NCBI GenBank assembly: GCA_002753105.1
Contig: PDZT01000073.1
Location: 1-16,517 of the forward strand
Direction: 5' to 3'
Source: Deltaproteobacteria bacterium YD0425bin50
GTDB taxonomy: Bacteria > Desulfobacterota > Desulfobacteria > Desulfobacterales > YD0425bin50
Length of the DNA: 16,517 bases
In this document: positions 16,438 through 16,517 of the stretch, one piece after another
Layout of the letters: the number at the start of each line of letters is the position of its first letter
Numbering within the stretch: the first letter of the stretch is position 1
Made by a program: the position numbers and the translations under genes
Notes under the pieces: generated by a model
What the model was told of the DNA's origin: nothing
Database searches by the model: none
The model's input: the letters and a program-made list of their open reading frames with translations, nothing else

Positions 16438-16466
16438 CATTCCCGCGAAAGCGGGAATCCAGTAAA
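16438..16466. repeat. GC-rich hairpin repeat ATTCCCGC-gaaa-GCGGGAAT (ATTCCC-N8-GGGAAT pattern)
   Basis: Perfect 8-bp stem with a GAAA tetraloop in an AT-rich context. The ATTCCC-N8-GGGAAT layout resembles the Neisseria dRS3-type small repeat pattern. Confidence 0.5.
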
Positions 16467-16517
16467 ATCAAGCAGGGTGTGTCCCACCTTTTACACAAAG
16501 GGTAAAAAAAATCTCCA

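Noticed and set aside
16470-16517. Rho-independent terminator at the window end
   Set aside because: The short CCTTT/AAAGG stem is followed by an A-run on the plus strand and preceded by a T-run on the minus strand. Neither strand gives a hairpin-then-U-tract arrangement.

Overview
This is an AT-rich bacterial window with a Gram-negative-type envelope (a Tat signal, a periplasmic DsbA, PspA). The lineage is not determinable from sequence alone; a gammaproteobacterial or Legionellales-like host-associated organism is a guess. The plus-strand left part carries a pspA (IM30) gene behind a candidate sigma54 promoter. It is followed by a YiaAB-type two-helix membrane protein, a Com1-like DsbA with a Pro/Thr-rich tail, and a sensorless hybrid histidine kinase (REC-HisKA-HATPase-REC-Hpt). 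Converging on it from the minus strand is a CheY-like REC, CheC-like phosphatase and PAS histidine kinase operon that has no CheA. A lone GT2 glycosyltransferase follows. The right half is one long minus-strand gene string: a NitT/TauT-type ABC transporter (ATPase, Tat-signal NrtA-like binding protein, permease), a histidine-kinase fragment with a DHp domain but no ATPase domain, a LysA/ODC-fold PLP decarboxylase, and then, 57 bp on (probable in-frame start at 10741), a full-length homolog of the eukaryotic major vault protein (MVP). The MVP homolog has repeat domains, a shoulder domain and a cap-helix coiled coil. A bacterial MVP apparently co-transcribed with an enzyme and a phosphotransfer-type protein is the most notable feature and could represent an undescribed vault-like compartment system. 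GC-rich REP/BIME-like palindromes punctuate the AT-rich intergenic DNA at 1023-1080, 7926-8192 and 16438-16466.
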